In this document: in pieces, positions 12,549 to 23,998 of the stretch
Layout: the number at the start of each line of letters is the position of its first letter
Position numbering within the stretch: position 1 is the first letter of the stretch
NCBI GenBank assembly: GCA_000146045.2
Contig: BK006948.2
Coordinates: 1,027,292 to 1,091,291, forward strand
Direction: 5' to 3'
Length of the DNA: 64,000 nucleotides
Origin: TPA_inf: Saccharomyces
Taxonomy: Eukaryota
Notes under the pieces: generated by a model
What the model was told of the DNA's origin: nothing
Seen by the model: the letters and a program-made list of their open reading frames with translations, nothing else
The model's database searches: none
Program-made: the position numbers and the translations under genes

Positions 12549-14108
12549 ATGTTCAGTAGATCTACGCTCTGCTTAAAGACGTCTGCATCCTCCATTGGGA
12601 GACTTCAATTGAGATATTTCTCACACCTTCCTATGACAGTGCCTATCAAGCTGCCCAATGGGTTGGAATATGAGCAACCAACGGGGTTGTTCATCAACAA
12701 CAAGTTTGTTCCTTCTAAACAGAACAAGACCTTCGAAGTCATTAACCCTTCCACGGAAGAAGAAATATGTCATATTTATGAAGGTAGAGAGGACGATGTG
12801 GAAGAGGCCGTGCAGGCCGCCGACCGTGCCTTCTCTAATGGGTCTTGGAACGGTATCGACCCTATTGACAGGGGTAAGGCTTTGTACAGGTTAGCCGAAT
12901 TAATTGAACAGGACAAGGATGTCATTGCTTCCATCGAGACTTTGGATAACGGTAAAGCTATCTCTTCCTCGAGAGGAGATGTTGATTTAGTCATCAACTA
13001 TTTGAAATCTTCTGCTGGCTTTGCTGATAAAATTGATGGTAGAATGATTGATACTGGTAGAACCCATTTTTCTTACACTAAGAGACAGCCTTTGGGTGTT
13101 TGTGGGCAGATTATTCCTTGGAATTTCCCACTGTTGATGTGGGCCTGGAAGATTGCCCCTGCTTTGGTCACCGGTAACACCGTCGTGTTGAAGACTGCCG
13201 AATCCACCCCATTGTCCGCTTTGTATGTGTCTAAATACATCCCACAGGCGGGTATTCCACCTGGTGTGATCAACATTGTATCCGGGTTTGGTAAGATTGT
13301 GGGTGAGGCCATTACAAACCATCCAAAAATCAAAAAGGTTGCCTTCACAGGGTCCACGGCTACGGGTAGACACATTTACCAGTCCGCAGCCGCAGGCTTG
13401 AAAAAAGTGACTTTGGAGCTGGGTGGTAAATCACCAAACATTGTCTTCGCGGACGCCGAGTTGAAAAAAGCCGTGCAAAACATTATCCTTGGTATCTACT
13501 ACAATTCTGGTGAGGTCTGTTGTGCGGGTTCAAGGGTGTATGTTGAAGAATCTATTTACGACAAATTCATTGAAGAGTTCAAAGCCGCTTCTGAATCCAT
13601 CAAGGTGGGCGACCCATTCGATGAATCTACTTTCCAAGGTGCACAAACCTCTCAAATGCAACTAAACAAAATCTTGAAATACGTTGACATTGGTAAGAAT
13701 GAAGGTGCTACTTTGATTACCGGTGGTGAAAGATTAGGTAGCAAGGGTTACTTCATTAAGCCAACTGTCTTTGGTGACGTTAAGGAAGACATGAGAATTG
13801 TCAAAGAGGAAATCTTTGGCCCTGTTGTCACTGTAACCAAATTCAAATCTGCCGACGAAGTCATTAACATGGCGAACGATTCTGAATACGGGTTGGCTGC
13901 TGGTATTCACACCTCTAATATTAATACCGCCTTAAAAGTGGCTGATAGAGTTAATGCGGGTACGGTCTGGATAAACACTTATAACGATTTCCACCACGCA
14001 GTTCCTTTCGGTGGGTTCAATGCATCTGGTTTGGGCAGGGAAATGTCTGTTGATGCTTTACAAAACTACTTGCAAGTTAAAGCGGTCCGTGCCAAATTGG
14101 ACGAGTAA
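12549..14108 (+). CDS. ALD4: Mitochondrial aldehyde dehydrogenase (519 aa)
   Basis: Carries the ALDH catalytic signatures (ELGGKSP; GQ[IV]IPWNFP; catalytic Cys context EVCCAGSR) and an N-terminal mitochondrial presequence ([24 protein letters not shown]). Confidence 0.93.
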
Positions 14109-14386
14109 GGTCATCAATAAGCCTGGTGTCCAATCGATGCTTACATACATAAAATTAAATATTCTGTCTCTGTTATATTTCCACATGTCATCATTTCAAA
14201 TATATGTACTTTAAAGAAAATAAAATAAAAAATAAAATTTTTTTCTCCCGATAATCAATTTTCTTAATTAATTAATTGCGTTACGATTCCGTTTTTTTAC
14301 TTCTTTTATCTCATTATCTATCTAAGTTATTTAAAAAAAAGAAAGAACTTTTTATGAACTTTCCTCTTTTCTTTCTTTTAGACTAT

Positions 14387-15751
14387 TTAAAATACATCAC
14401 CTTGGTCAAACATAGCATCAGAGACCTTGATGAAACTTGCGATATTAGCACCTTTGACCAAAGATGGCAAGACCTTACCGTCCTTAGTGTACTTCTTGGC
14501 ATAGTCGATACATTCATTGAAACAGTTGATCATAATTCTCTTCAACTCTTGGTCAACTCTTTCGCTAGTCCATGTGATTCTTTGAGAGTTTTGTGCCATT
14601 TCTAAACCAGAAACAGCAACACCACCCAAGTTAGCAGCCTTTGGTGGACCGTACCAAACAGCTTCGCTTGGTCCAGTGGCGGTGGAACGAGCAGTTTCAA
14701 AGACGGCAATAGCTTCTGGAGTGGAACCCATGTTGGAACCTTCGGCAATAAACTTGACACCTTGAGCAACCAAGGCCTTGGCTTCTTCACCGCTGACTTC
14801 ATTTTGGGTGGCACATGGCAAAGCAATGTCGACCTTTTGGACGTGGGTCCATGGACGAGCACCAGCAATGTATTGCACTTTGTTTTCGGAGAAAGTAGAG
14901 TATTCGTTGACGATTTGTTCCAAGGACTTGAAGTTGACCTTAGCACTGGAAATATCAGCGACTTGTTCGGAGGTGATACCAGTTTCAGAGATGATACAAC
15001 CCTTGGAGTCAGATAGGGAAACGACAGTACCACCTAGCTCAATAACCTTCAAGGCAGCGTATTGAGCAACGTTACCACTACCAGAGATGGTGACGCGCTT
15101 ACCTTCGAAAGATTCCTTACCGTTTGTGGCATAGTCGATCATAGCTTGAGTATAGTAAACTAAACCGTAACCAGTGGCTTCTGGTCTGATCAAAGAACCA
15201 CCCCAGTTCAAACCCTTACCGGTTAAGACACCTTCCCAGGAGTTCTTGTATGATCTGTAAGCACCGAACAGGTAACCAATTTCACGACCACCAACACCGA
15301 TATCACCAGCTGGCACGTCAGTGTCTTGACCAATGTGTCTGCTCAATTCTCTCATGAAAGCATAACAGATTCTTCTGATTTCGTTATTAGATCTTCCCTT
15401 CAAGTCCACACATAGACCACCTTTACCACCACCCATGTCTAGGCCGGTCAAGGAGTTCTTGAAGATTTGTTCGAAACCCAAGAATTTCAAGATAGACAAG
15501 TTCACGGAAGGATGGAAACGTAGACCACCCTTGTATGGACCCTTGGCGGAGTTATATTGCACTCTGTAACCTTGAGCAACTTCTTGTTCACCCTTGTCAT
15601 TTTCCCAGGTGACTCTGAATTGTATGATTCTTTCTGGAACAGAAACAATTGGCAAAACCTTTCTGTATTCTGGGTGTTGTTCGAAAAGAGTAGAGTCTTC
15701 CAAAGAGGAGACAACTTCTTCGTAAGCTTGTTGAAATTCTGGCTCTGACAT
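14387..15751 (-). CDS. GDH1: NADP-dependent glutamate dehydrogenase (454 aa)
   Basis: Carries the Glu/Leu/Phe/Val dehydrogenase motif (GGGKGG) and the Rossmann motif [10 protein letters not shown]. The 454 aa length matches. Confidence 0.95.
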   Translation of the reverse strand: MSEPEFQQAYEEVVSSLEDSTLFEQHPEYRKVLPIVSVPERIIQFRVTWENDKGEQEVAQGYRVQYNSAKGPYKGGLRFHPSVNLSILKFLGFEQIFKNSLTGLDMGGGKGGLCVDLKGRSNNEIRRICYAFMRELSRHIGQDTDVPAGDIGVGGREIGYLFGAYRSYKNSWEGVLTGKGLNWGGSLIRPEATGYGLVYYTQAMIDYATNGKESFEGKRVTISGSGNVAQYAALKVIELGGTVVSLSDSKGCIISETGITSEQVADISSAKVNFKSLEQIVNEYSTFSENKVQYIAGARPWTHVQKVDIALPCATQNEVSGEEAKALVAQGVKFIAEGSNMGSTPEAIAVFETARSTATGPSEAVWYGPPKAANLGGVAVSGLEMAQNSQRITWTSERVDQELKRIMINCFNECIDYAKKYTKDGKVLPSLVKGANIASFIKVSDAMFDQGDVF

Positions 15752-18700
15752 TTCTTTTTCTTTTTGGTCTCCTAACTGTTATATTAGAATAATGCGATAG
15801 TACGTATCAAGCAACTTTCAATGCTATAAGAAAAGTCATTTAAAGAGTGAGAGAATATAAAATGGGTAAACGCATTTGTAACTCTCGTATATTTTATATA
15901 TGAAAAACAGAAAATTTTCCAATCTTCTCTTACTTAGATTACGTATACTTTGCTTTAACAAGAAGCCGGCCTTTGCTGCTACTTCTTACGCTTTCTTCTT
16001 CCGCAATTTTTCAGTGCTGATTTTCATTATGGTACCTGATGAAAAAGAAAACGGCGCAGCAGCTGATAACAGCTTCTCTCTGCTGATTGGACGTGGGGTC
16101 GTACTATTTCTTTTTTATTGCCCCACCGCACTGAAAATGCATGGGCCGGTTCCGGCGCATTGGTTCTGCGATAAGAATATCGAGGCCATCCAATCAGATG
16201 GTCAGATAAGGTTATTAAGATCAGGCCCGTTTCCATGGAGTCATGGAACCTGCATAAGGGGAGCCTGATACACTAGAGAATAATGACCTGAGTGGATGTA
16301 GCATCATATTCCTTATGAAATCCTCTTATCCAGCCAATCGTAAACGATGCCCTCCCCCACGTTATTGTTGTATAATTCAGGTTATGCCCAGATGCGGAGT
16401 GGTGCCCAGATCGACTCGAACGCATGGTCTTCTAGGACTCTTTATCGCAGCCCCATGAAGCAGTGCCACTTTATACTGAATGGAGTTACTAATATGGTTT
16501 GGCTCGGTTGGTATACTGGCCACAGCCCGCTAGAATAATTCAAGAAAAAAAGCCAATGCTGGACAGAATCACTGTAGAGTTTAGCGGACTTGAACCTAAA
16601 GAAGTTCATCTCCTTCTTGTCGGGAGCTTCGGTGTGCTAGTTTGTTACTGTCGAAGAGTCCATCATTAAGAGAAGTTTTCGAAGCTTCTGTCGCTGAACT
16701 ACTGTATGCGAGATTACACTTTACAGAATAACTTGGGAAGCTGTCATTCTTGGTAGAATATGAAGGCTTTGAGTGCTGATCTAAGATCAGCTTACGCAAA
16801 GTTTCTTGCACTTACGCGATTGGAGCCGACGGCTTGGTAAAAATTTTCGAAATTGCAGGTTCTTGAAGCAGAGATTGTTCCGAAGAAACTTGGTTTCCAA
16901 TCAGATAGAGAAGTGGGCTTTCTGGTCATGCCACGCAAGTTACAAGCGCGGAATTGCTACCACTTTACGTCTTTCTTCATGTTCCTCGGACGTTTCCAAT
17001 CATTAGCCGTTCCTCTAGACATCTACAGATCTATTCCTAATCACAACCTATCTCTAGCCGCAAGATATATCTGTGTGAGAGGGGTCGCAACAGGAATACC
17101 TTAAATGGGATAACCGTCACGTGACTCTCACTAGGGGCATCAAGTGCGCTGCTTCTTCAAGGTTTTCGCGCCCTGTTTGAAGAAGTGGCACAGAATCCAT
17201 AGAGTAATATTACTAACGAGCTACGAAACTTAGCTTACCTATTAAATACTCAAAGAAAATACGCTGTGTATGCTTTTGCGGCACATCTATGTCATTAAAT
17301 CTCTCCATGGCGCGTATATTTTATGACGGGAAATCTGAGGCCGATCGAGGAGGGAAATTACTAGAAAAGCTTATCCTTCTTTACCTCCGAACAAATTTTA
17401 AAATATACCTCAATGGGAATAAAGAATGCAAGGAAAGGCAAGGTTCAGCCTATGATGATGAATATCGTACTCTAAAATTATAGATATCTAACTGTGGGCG
17501 TATTAAACCTTGCTTTGGTCATTATCCAATCGTGTATGCAGAGAGCGGGGCGATATGCAGCAAACAAAAGGGGCGAAATAATAGTTACTCCAAAGATGAA
17601 ATGGCAGAAGAAAATGGAAAACTATACAGTTTGCGAAGGAGGCATCCTCTTAGTTAAAAAAAAATTTGGACTCATTGCACTGCAAACAGAGTTTCTAGGA
17701 TTGTCATATTTTGTACCTCCTGGAATGTTAAGACTTTCTCATTAATAATGGTGTGATACACTTATAGTTGGGTGCTAAAAGGTAACTGCAAGCCCCACAT
17801 CTATAATATTACCGTTAAGTTTCCGGCGAATAGTTTCTCTTTTCGCCCCTCTATTTCTCCCTTCAAATGTGAAGATAAGGAGGACAGCCATAAATATTCC
17901 TGTAATGACATTCCATCTTGGGTGGACAATTTTATGGTATAATCAAGCGTATTTAGAAGTTTGGGCGACAGTATTTCAAGACGAGATGCATAAGTATTCT
18001 CTTCATCCTCAATCCCGCGATGCTAAAACAAAGTTTTGTTGTTGCATTCCATTTAAGTAGAGCAAAAGCGTGGCAAATCTGAAAAATTGCCACATAGGGT
18101 GCTAAATTTGGTATAATGGCACAAATAAACAATCTCAGTTTACTGACAGTGAACTACAGGAATATACAATTTTGAGGTGTTAACGACCAACCGTTAATAG
18201 CTTATTCTCTCATATGTTATACCACTGTAGGAAGAGGTGGTTTCAACTGTATTTTGAGCACAGGTAGATATAAGCTCTGGACAGTTTTGCTACCCCTTGA
18301 AAGAATTCAACAGTATTTTCTGAGGTACTCATCGTAAAAGATTGCTAATTTTGGTCGCGATGTATATAGGTAAAGGAGTATTTCCTAAAAGTTGCCAAAG
18401 ATTATCAAAATATTACCGTGTTTATAAAATAAACTGACACCCGGATAATTAAGAAGTGGTAAGCTTATGTTAGAGTACTTGTACTTGACAAGTAAAATCA
18501 GAATTGGGAATTATCAATTGAGATCACGTGCAAACCGAAGAAATGCAAAGAAGTAAGGTTAGGGTTTATGGACCCAGGCAGCAGAAAATTGTAGCTTCAT
18601 TTGTTGGCACAGGACTATTCCACCCTTAGAATTGACTTTTTGGACATTGAGCTAAGGTTCAATGCACTCGATGGTCTTCTCACTTCCGAATATATAGATC

Positions 18701-18934
18701 TAGCGTGTGAGGACTACTCATTGGCTTGCGATTTACGGTTTTTATATTTTTTGCCGCACATCATTTTTTGGCCTGGTATTGTCATCGCGTTGAGCGGACT
18801 CTGAATATAATCCTATTGTTTTTTATGGATCTCTGGAAGCGTCTTTTTGAAGCCAACCCAACAAAAATTCGAGACAAGAAAATAAAAAACGGCACTTCAT
18901 CAGTATCACAAATACCATCAATTTATCAGCTCTC

Positions 18935-20512
18935 ATGAATGAAATCGATGAGAAAAATCAGGCCCCCGTGCAACAAGAATGCCTGAAAGAGATGATTCAG
19001 AATGGGCATGCTCGGCGTATGGGATCTGTTGAAGATCTGTATGTTGCTCTCAACAGACAAAACTTATATCGAAACTTCTGCACATATGGAGAATTGAGTG
19101 ATTACTGTACTAGGGATCAGCTCACATTAGCTTTGAGGGAAATCTGCCTGAAAAATCCAACTCTTTTACATATTGTTCTACCAACAAGATGGCCAAATCA
19201 TGAAAATTATTATCGCAGTTCCGAATACTATTCACGGCCACATCCAGTGCATGATTATATTTCAGTATTACAAGAATTGAAACTGAGTGGTGTGGTTCTC
19301 AATGAACAACCTGAGTACAGTGCAGTAATGAAGCAAATATTAGAAGAATTCAAAAATAGTAAGGGTTCCTATACTGCAAAAATTTTTAAACTTACTACCA
19401 CTTTGACTATTCCTTACTTTGGACCAACAGGACCGAGTTGGCGGCTAATTTGTCTTCCAGAAGAGCACACAGAAAAGTGGAAAAAATTTATCTTTGTATC
19501 TAATCATTGCATGTCTGATGGTCGGTCTTCGATCCACTTTTTTCATGATTTAAGAGACGAATTAAATAATATTAAAACTCCACCAAAAAAATTAGATTAC
19601 ATTTTCAAGTACGAGGAGGATTACCAATTATTGAGGAAACTTCCAGAACCGATCGAAAAGGTGATAGACTTTAGACCACCGTACTTGTTTATTCCGAAGT
19701 CACTTCTTTCGGGTTTCATCTACAATCATTTGAGATTTTCTTCAAAAGGTGTCTGTATGAGAATGGATGATGTGGAAAAAACCGATGATGTTGTCACCGA
19801 GATCATCAATATTTCACCAACAGAATTTCAAGCGATTAAAGCAAATATTAAATCAAATATCCAAGGTAAGTGTACTATCACTCCGTTTTTACATGTTTGT
19901 TGGTTTGTATCTCTTCATAAATGGGGTAAATTTTTCAAACCATTGAACTTCGAATGGCTTACGGATATTTTTATCCCCGCAGATTGCCGCTCACAACTAC
20001 CAGATGATGATGAAATGAGACAGATGTACAGATATGGCGCTAACGTTGGATTTATTGACTTCACCCCCTGGATAAGCGAATTTGACATGAATGATAACAA
20101 AGAAAATTTTTGGCCACTTATTGAGCACTACCATGAAGTAATTTCGGAAGCTTTAAGAAATAAAAAGCATCTCCATGGCTTAGGGTTCAATATACAAGGC
20201 TTCGTTCAAAAATATGTGAACATTGACAAGGTAATGTGCGATCGTGCCATCGGGAAAAGACGCGGAGGTACATTGTTAAGCAATGTAGGTCTGTTTAATC
20301 AGTTAGAGGAGCCCGATGCCAAATATTCTATATGCGATTTGGCATTTGGCCAATTTCAAGGATCCTGGCACCAAGCATTTTCCTTGGGTGTTTGTTCGAC
20401 TAATGTAAAGGGGATGAATATTGTTGTTGCTTCAACAAAGAATGTTGTTGGTAGTCAAGAATCTCTCGAAGAGCTTTGCTCCATTTACAAAGCTCTCCTT
20501 TTAGGCCCTTAG
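18935..20512 (+). CDS. ATF1: Alcohol O-acetyltransferase (525 aa)
   Basis: 525 aa with the HxxxDG acyltransferase motif (HCMSDGRSS). Long upstream region as known for ATF1. Position matches YOR377W. Confidence 0.88.
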   Translation: MNEIDEKNQAPVQQECLKEMIQNGHARRMGSVEDLYVALNRQNLYRNFCTYGELSDYCTRDQLTLALREICLKNPTLLHIVLPTRWPNHENYYRSSEYYSRPHPVHDYISVLQELKLSGVVLNEQPEYSAVMKQILEEFKNSKGSYTAKIFKLTTTLTIPYFGPTGPSWRLICLPEEHTEKWKKFIFVSNHCMSDGRSSIHFFHDLRDELNNIKTPPKKLDYIFKYEEDYQLLRKLPEPIEKVIDFRPPYLFIPKSLLSGFIYNHLRFSSKGVCMRMDDVEKTDDVVTEIINISPTEFQAIKANIKSNIQGKCTITPFLHVCWFVSLHKWGKFFKPLNFEWLTDIFIPADCRSQLPDDDEMRQMYRYGANVGFIDFTPWISEFDMNDNKENFWPLIEHYHEVISEALRNKKHLHGLGFNIQGFVQKYVNIDKVMCDRAIGKRRGGTLLSNVGLFNQLEEPDAKYSICDLAFGQFQGSWHQAFSLGVCSTNVKGMNIVVASTKNVVGSQESLEELCSIYKALLLGP

Positions 20513-22219
20513 ATCTCACATGATGCTTGACTGATATTATTCGACAATATGATTATGTCGTGTAAATAACCCACTTTCATGTTGTCACTCCCTCGGCTTT
20601 GGTTGGTTAAAGGGACTTATCGGTTTCTTTTTTTAGAGTTGATTTAAGATCAGATCGAAGTAAATAACGTGCAGAACATTGCATATGATAGATAACAACC
20701 TATAGTATATATTTCAAAATCGCGACAAATCTGAAATATTAATTGATTTGATTAGCTGCAGAGATCTTCTCGATGTAAGGAGCTATTTAAATAGAAAGGG
20801 TCAGAATCGTCGTCCTGTGGGAGCTGGTATATACTAAATTGATGAACAACTAAAATAGCACTCTCATTGTCATTTTGGGTGTGAGACCTTAAGCAAGGAG
20901 AGATATTTTTAATGGATGTATTAGCGCAGCCGTTGCTTACGGTATTCCTTGGCATATTGTCCCTGAAAAAAAACCGTTGTACACTCGGATACGCATTTTT
21001 CGGACTTCTCCCACCCAAGAAACGCAACTTTTGAAGGGCGCCTACACCACTAGACCAACAAGGCCAATGCAAAGCTACAAACAAATGCGTGGGCGCATGG
21101 GCATAAGGAGGTGTAAAAAGCTTTTTTTTTTTATGTGAGGAATTACAGGCGGAAGATACTCAAATAAAGCACTGATTTGATGTTACCGAACTTTTCCCCA
21201 GGCATAAAATTTTATTTTCATATTTCATCAATTCGATATTATTGATATCGCACCTAATGTAGTCATTTCCTTTCTCTCTTTGCTAGTAGATTTTAAAAAG
21301 GTTTCTTGCTGTATTTTTTTATACTTTTATAGACGCCGCTTTCCAAAGTTCATCTAAAATAAGTCGCTACAATGATTTGATCTTGATTCGGTGCTTCAGG
21401 AGCCTGCTTGCTTCTTTGCAGCTTCGGCAATTTGGAACCTTGTGTGCATATCCTCGTTTGTAAGCCCAGAAGCACACAGACATCGATCACATCTATAATA
21501 GGAGCATGCTATCATAAAAGATTCACAGTATTCGTATAATTACATGGCAGACTTTTTGAAAAGAATGGTATGGAACCAAGTGAGCGCCTAGAAAAAAAGC
21601 TGAAAAGCTGAAATCTTAATTGGATAAGAAACTTCAATAACATTTTTCACGCGTTTCTTTTTCAACTAGATTAGCCTTAACAAACGACAATCATCGAGTA
21701 CCCACGCTCATTACGCTGAACGTGCAAATGTAACGGGGTGGAAACCTAAAACGTTGAATGAACTAGCCAGAACGATGACAATTGCGGCAAGCTTTCCATA
21801 CGTGTTCTGTTGTTGCGGCTTAGAGTGGTAGGTAACCGCGCCAAGCAAAATTACCTACCACTTTAAGCCCAAAAAGGTGATGTGTAGCTATTGCGGCTGT
21901 GGCGGCTATTGCGGTTGTCGCCACGCTTGTCGCCAGGGTTGTCGCTACGAATGTTTCAGCTTTTTTTTCAATGGGCCACTCTTTTCACGTGAAGCGCTCC
22001 ACGAAATGTGCGGATATTGCGGAAGCTCTCAATGATGAGCTATCGGTAGGGATTAAAATAAACGAGATTTGGCAGCAGTTTTAAATACCAAGGGAGTAGT
22101 ATATCTAGCCTCCAATAACTTCATTTGTGGAAACTTACTTCTATCTCACTCTCTACCTGAAAAGAAAACAAATATTGTACATTCATCAATTGCTGGAACA
22201 TAAAGAACATAAAATCAAT

Positions 22220-23767
22220 ATGTCAACTAGCTCCTCCGTAACGCAGAAAAACTTGGATACAAACGCGGAAGCCTTGAAAAAGGAGGATAAAGTATTATCA
22301 GAGTTTGATATTCAGGATGAGAGGCCTAAATCCCTTTTATGGGAGAGTGCCTTTGTCGGAGTGCTGTGCTCTGCCCAACTAATGACTCAGGCAGGACTTG
22401 GACAATCATTAGCGCCGCTTCACATCATCGGTAACAGTTTTGGAACAACGAATGCTGGACAACTTAGTTGGTTTGCTTCCGCATATTCGCTAACTGTTGG
22501 TACATTCATTTTAATTGCTGGAAGACTCGGAGATATCTTCGGACACAAGAAATTCTTTGTCCTTGGCTTCTTTTGGTACGCACTTTGGTCCTTACTTGCT
22601 GGGTTTAGCGTCTACTCTAATCAGATTTTTTTTGACTGCTGTCGTGCATTTCAAGGCATGGGTCCGGCCTTTTTGTTGCCAAATGCCATTGCGATTCTCG
22701 GACGCACATATAAGCCAGGAAGAAGAAAAAACATGGTCTTTAGTCTGTTTGGTGCTTCAGCACCTGGTGGCTTCTTCCTTGGGGCTGTTTTCTCATCCAT
22801 GTTGGGTCAACTGGCGTGGTGGCCATGGGCTTACTGGATAATGGGTATTGCATGCTTTGTTTTAGCTGTAGCAGGTTACTTTGTAATCCCTCACACCCCC
22901 ATGCCAAGCCGCGATGCCTCATCTTTCAAGTTGTTGGAACGAATCGATTTTGCAGGGTCAGTTACCGGCGTTGTTGGATTAATTCTCTTTAATTTCGCTT
23001 GGAACCAAGGCCCCGTTGTGGGTTGGCAAACTCCATACACATACGCTCTTTTGATAGTTGGTACCTTTTTCTTGGTTATTTTTGCATATATCGAGTCCCG
23101 AGCAGCTTTCCCTCTGCTACCATTTGCTGCTCTTTCTAGTGATACTGCTTTTGTACTTAGCTGCATAGCTGCGGGATGGGCCAGCTTTGGTATTTGGATA
23201 TTCTATACATGGCAGTTCATGGAAGACTCAAGGGGCCAAACCCCCCTTCTTTCTAGTGCACAGTTTTCACCTGTAGCAATCAGTGGATTTTGTGCAGCCG
23301 TGACGACAGGTTTCCTTCTAAGCCATACACCCCCAAGCACAGTTATGCTTTTTGCGATGACAGCTTTCACAGTCGGAACTATATTGATTGCTACGGCCCC
23401 CGTTCACCAAACGTATTGGGCTCAAACGTTTGTGTCAATCATTGTTATGCCTTGGGGAATGGACATGTCCTTTCCGGCCGCTACAATAATGCTTAGTGAC
23501 TCGATGCCACACGAACATCAAGGTCTTGCAGCCTCTTTGGTTAATACGGTGGTAAACTATTCGATATCGATAGGTTTGGGTATTGCAGGTACAATTGAAT
23601 CTAGAGTAAATGACGGAGGTGCCAAGCCTTTGAAAGGATATCGTTGTTCGTGGTACATGGGCATCGGGTTGAGCGGACTTGGCATTTTTGTCGCAGCAAC
23701 GTATGCATGGAGCACTTTTATGAAGTCTAAAAAAAGGATCTCCGAAAAGCAGCATTTTATAGAATAA
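22220..23767 (+). CDS. AMF1: Major facilitator superfamily transporter, DHA2-like, 14-TM type (515 aa)
   Basis: Multi-TM hydrophobic ORF with the MFS signature (GRLGDIFGHKK). The tracked ORF starts at 22127, but the first 31 codons are AT-rich leader-like sequence. The Met at 22220 gives 515 aa, matching YOR378W. Confidence 0.8.
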   Translation: MSTSSSVTQKNLDTNAEALKKEDKVLSEFDIQDERPKSLLWESAFVGVLCSAQLMTQAGLGQSLAPLHIIGNSFGTTNAGQLSWFASAYSLTVGTFILIAGRLGDIFGHKKFFVLGFFWYALWSLLAGFSVYSNQIFFDCCRAFQGMGPAFLLPNAIAILGRTYKPGRRKNMVFSLFGASAPGGFFLGAVFSSMLGQLAWWPWAYWIMGIACFVLAVAGYFVIPHTPMPSRDASSFKLLERIDFAGSVTGVVGLILFNFAWNQGPVVGWQTPYTYALLIVGTFFLVIFAYIESRAAFPLLPFAALSSDTAFVLSCIAAGWASFGIWIFYTWQFMEDSRGQTPLLSSAQFSPVAISGFCAAVTTGFLLSHTPPSTVMLFAMTAFTVGTILIATAPVHQTYWAQTFVSIIVMPWGMDMSFPAATIMLSDSMPHEHQGLAASLVNTVVNYSISIGLGIAGTIESRVNDGGAKPLKGYRCSWYMGIGLSGLGIFVAATYAWSTFMKSKKRISEKQHFIE

Positions 23768-23998
23768 GTTCATATATAGAGAAATACTTCATCGTGGTAT
23801 ATAACCCAAACTAATAGAAATAAATATAGTACGATCAAAGTGATAGAGAGGAGCCAGTATATCCCGTATCGTGCGATAAATATGAAAATTACAAGAGGCC
23901 ATTCTCGAGTGAAAAGATACATTATTTTTTCAAGTAGAAACCTGAAAGAACTTCAGTAAGATAACTTAGCGCACACTTTCCTACTTTAAGCTCACCAA

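Noticed and set aside
12987-13375. Two overlapping minus-strand ORFs (128 and 100 aa)
   Set aside because: Antisense to ALD4, whose own frame is strongly supported by ALDH motifs.
14602-15065. Several 84-143 aa ORFs on both strands
   Set aside because: Alternative frames within GDH1.
15900-16268. 122-aa + ORF (YOR376W-like)
   Set aside because: No recognisable protein features and Cys/Phe-rich odd composition. Known class of dubious intergenic ORFs. Kept only as part of the ORF-poor interval finding.
16380-16540. Possible tRNA gene (B-box-like gactcgaacgc)
   Set aside because: Does not match the GGTTCGANTCC B-box, has no A-box at the correct spacing, and gives no cloverleaf I could build by eye. 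No tRNA is called.
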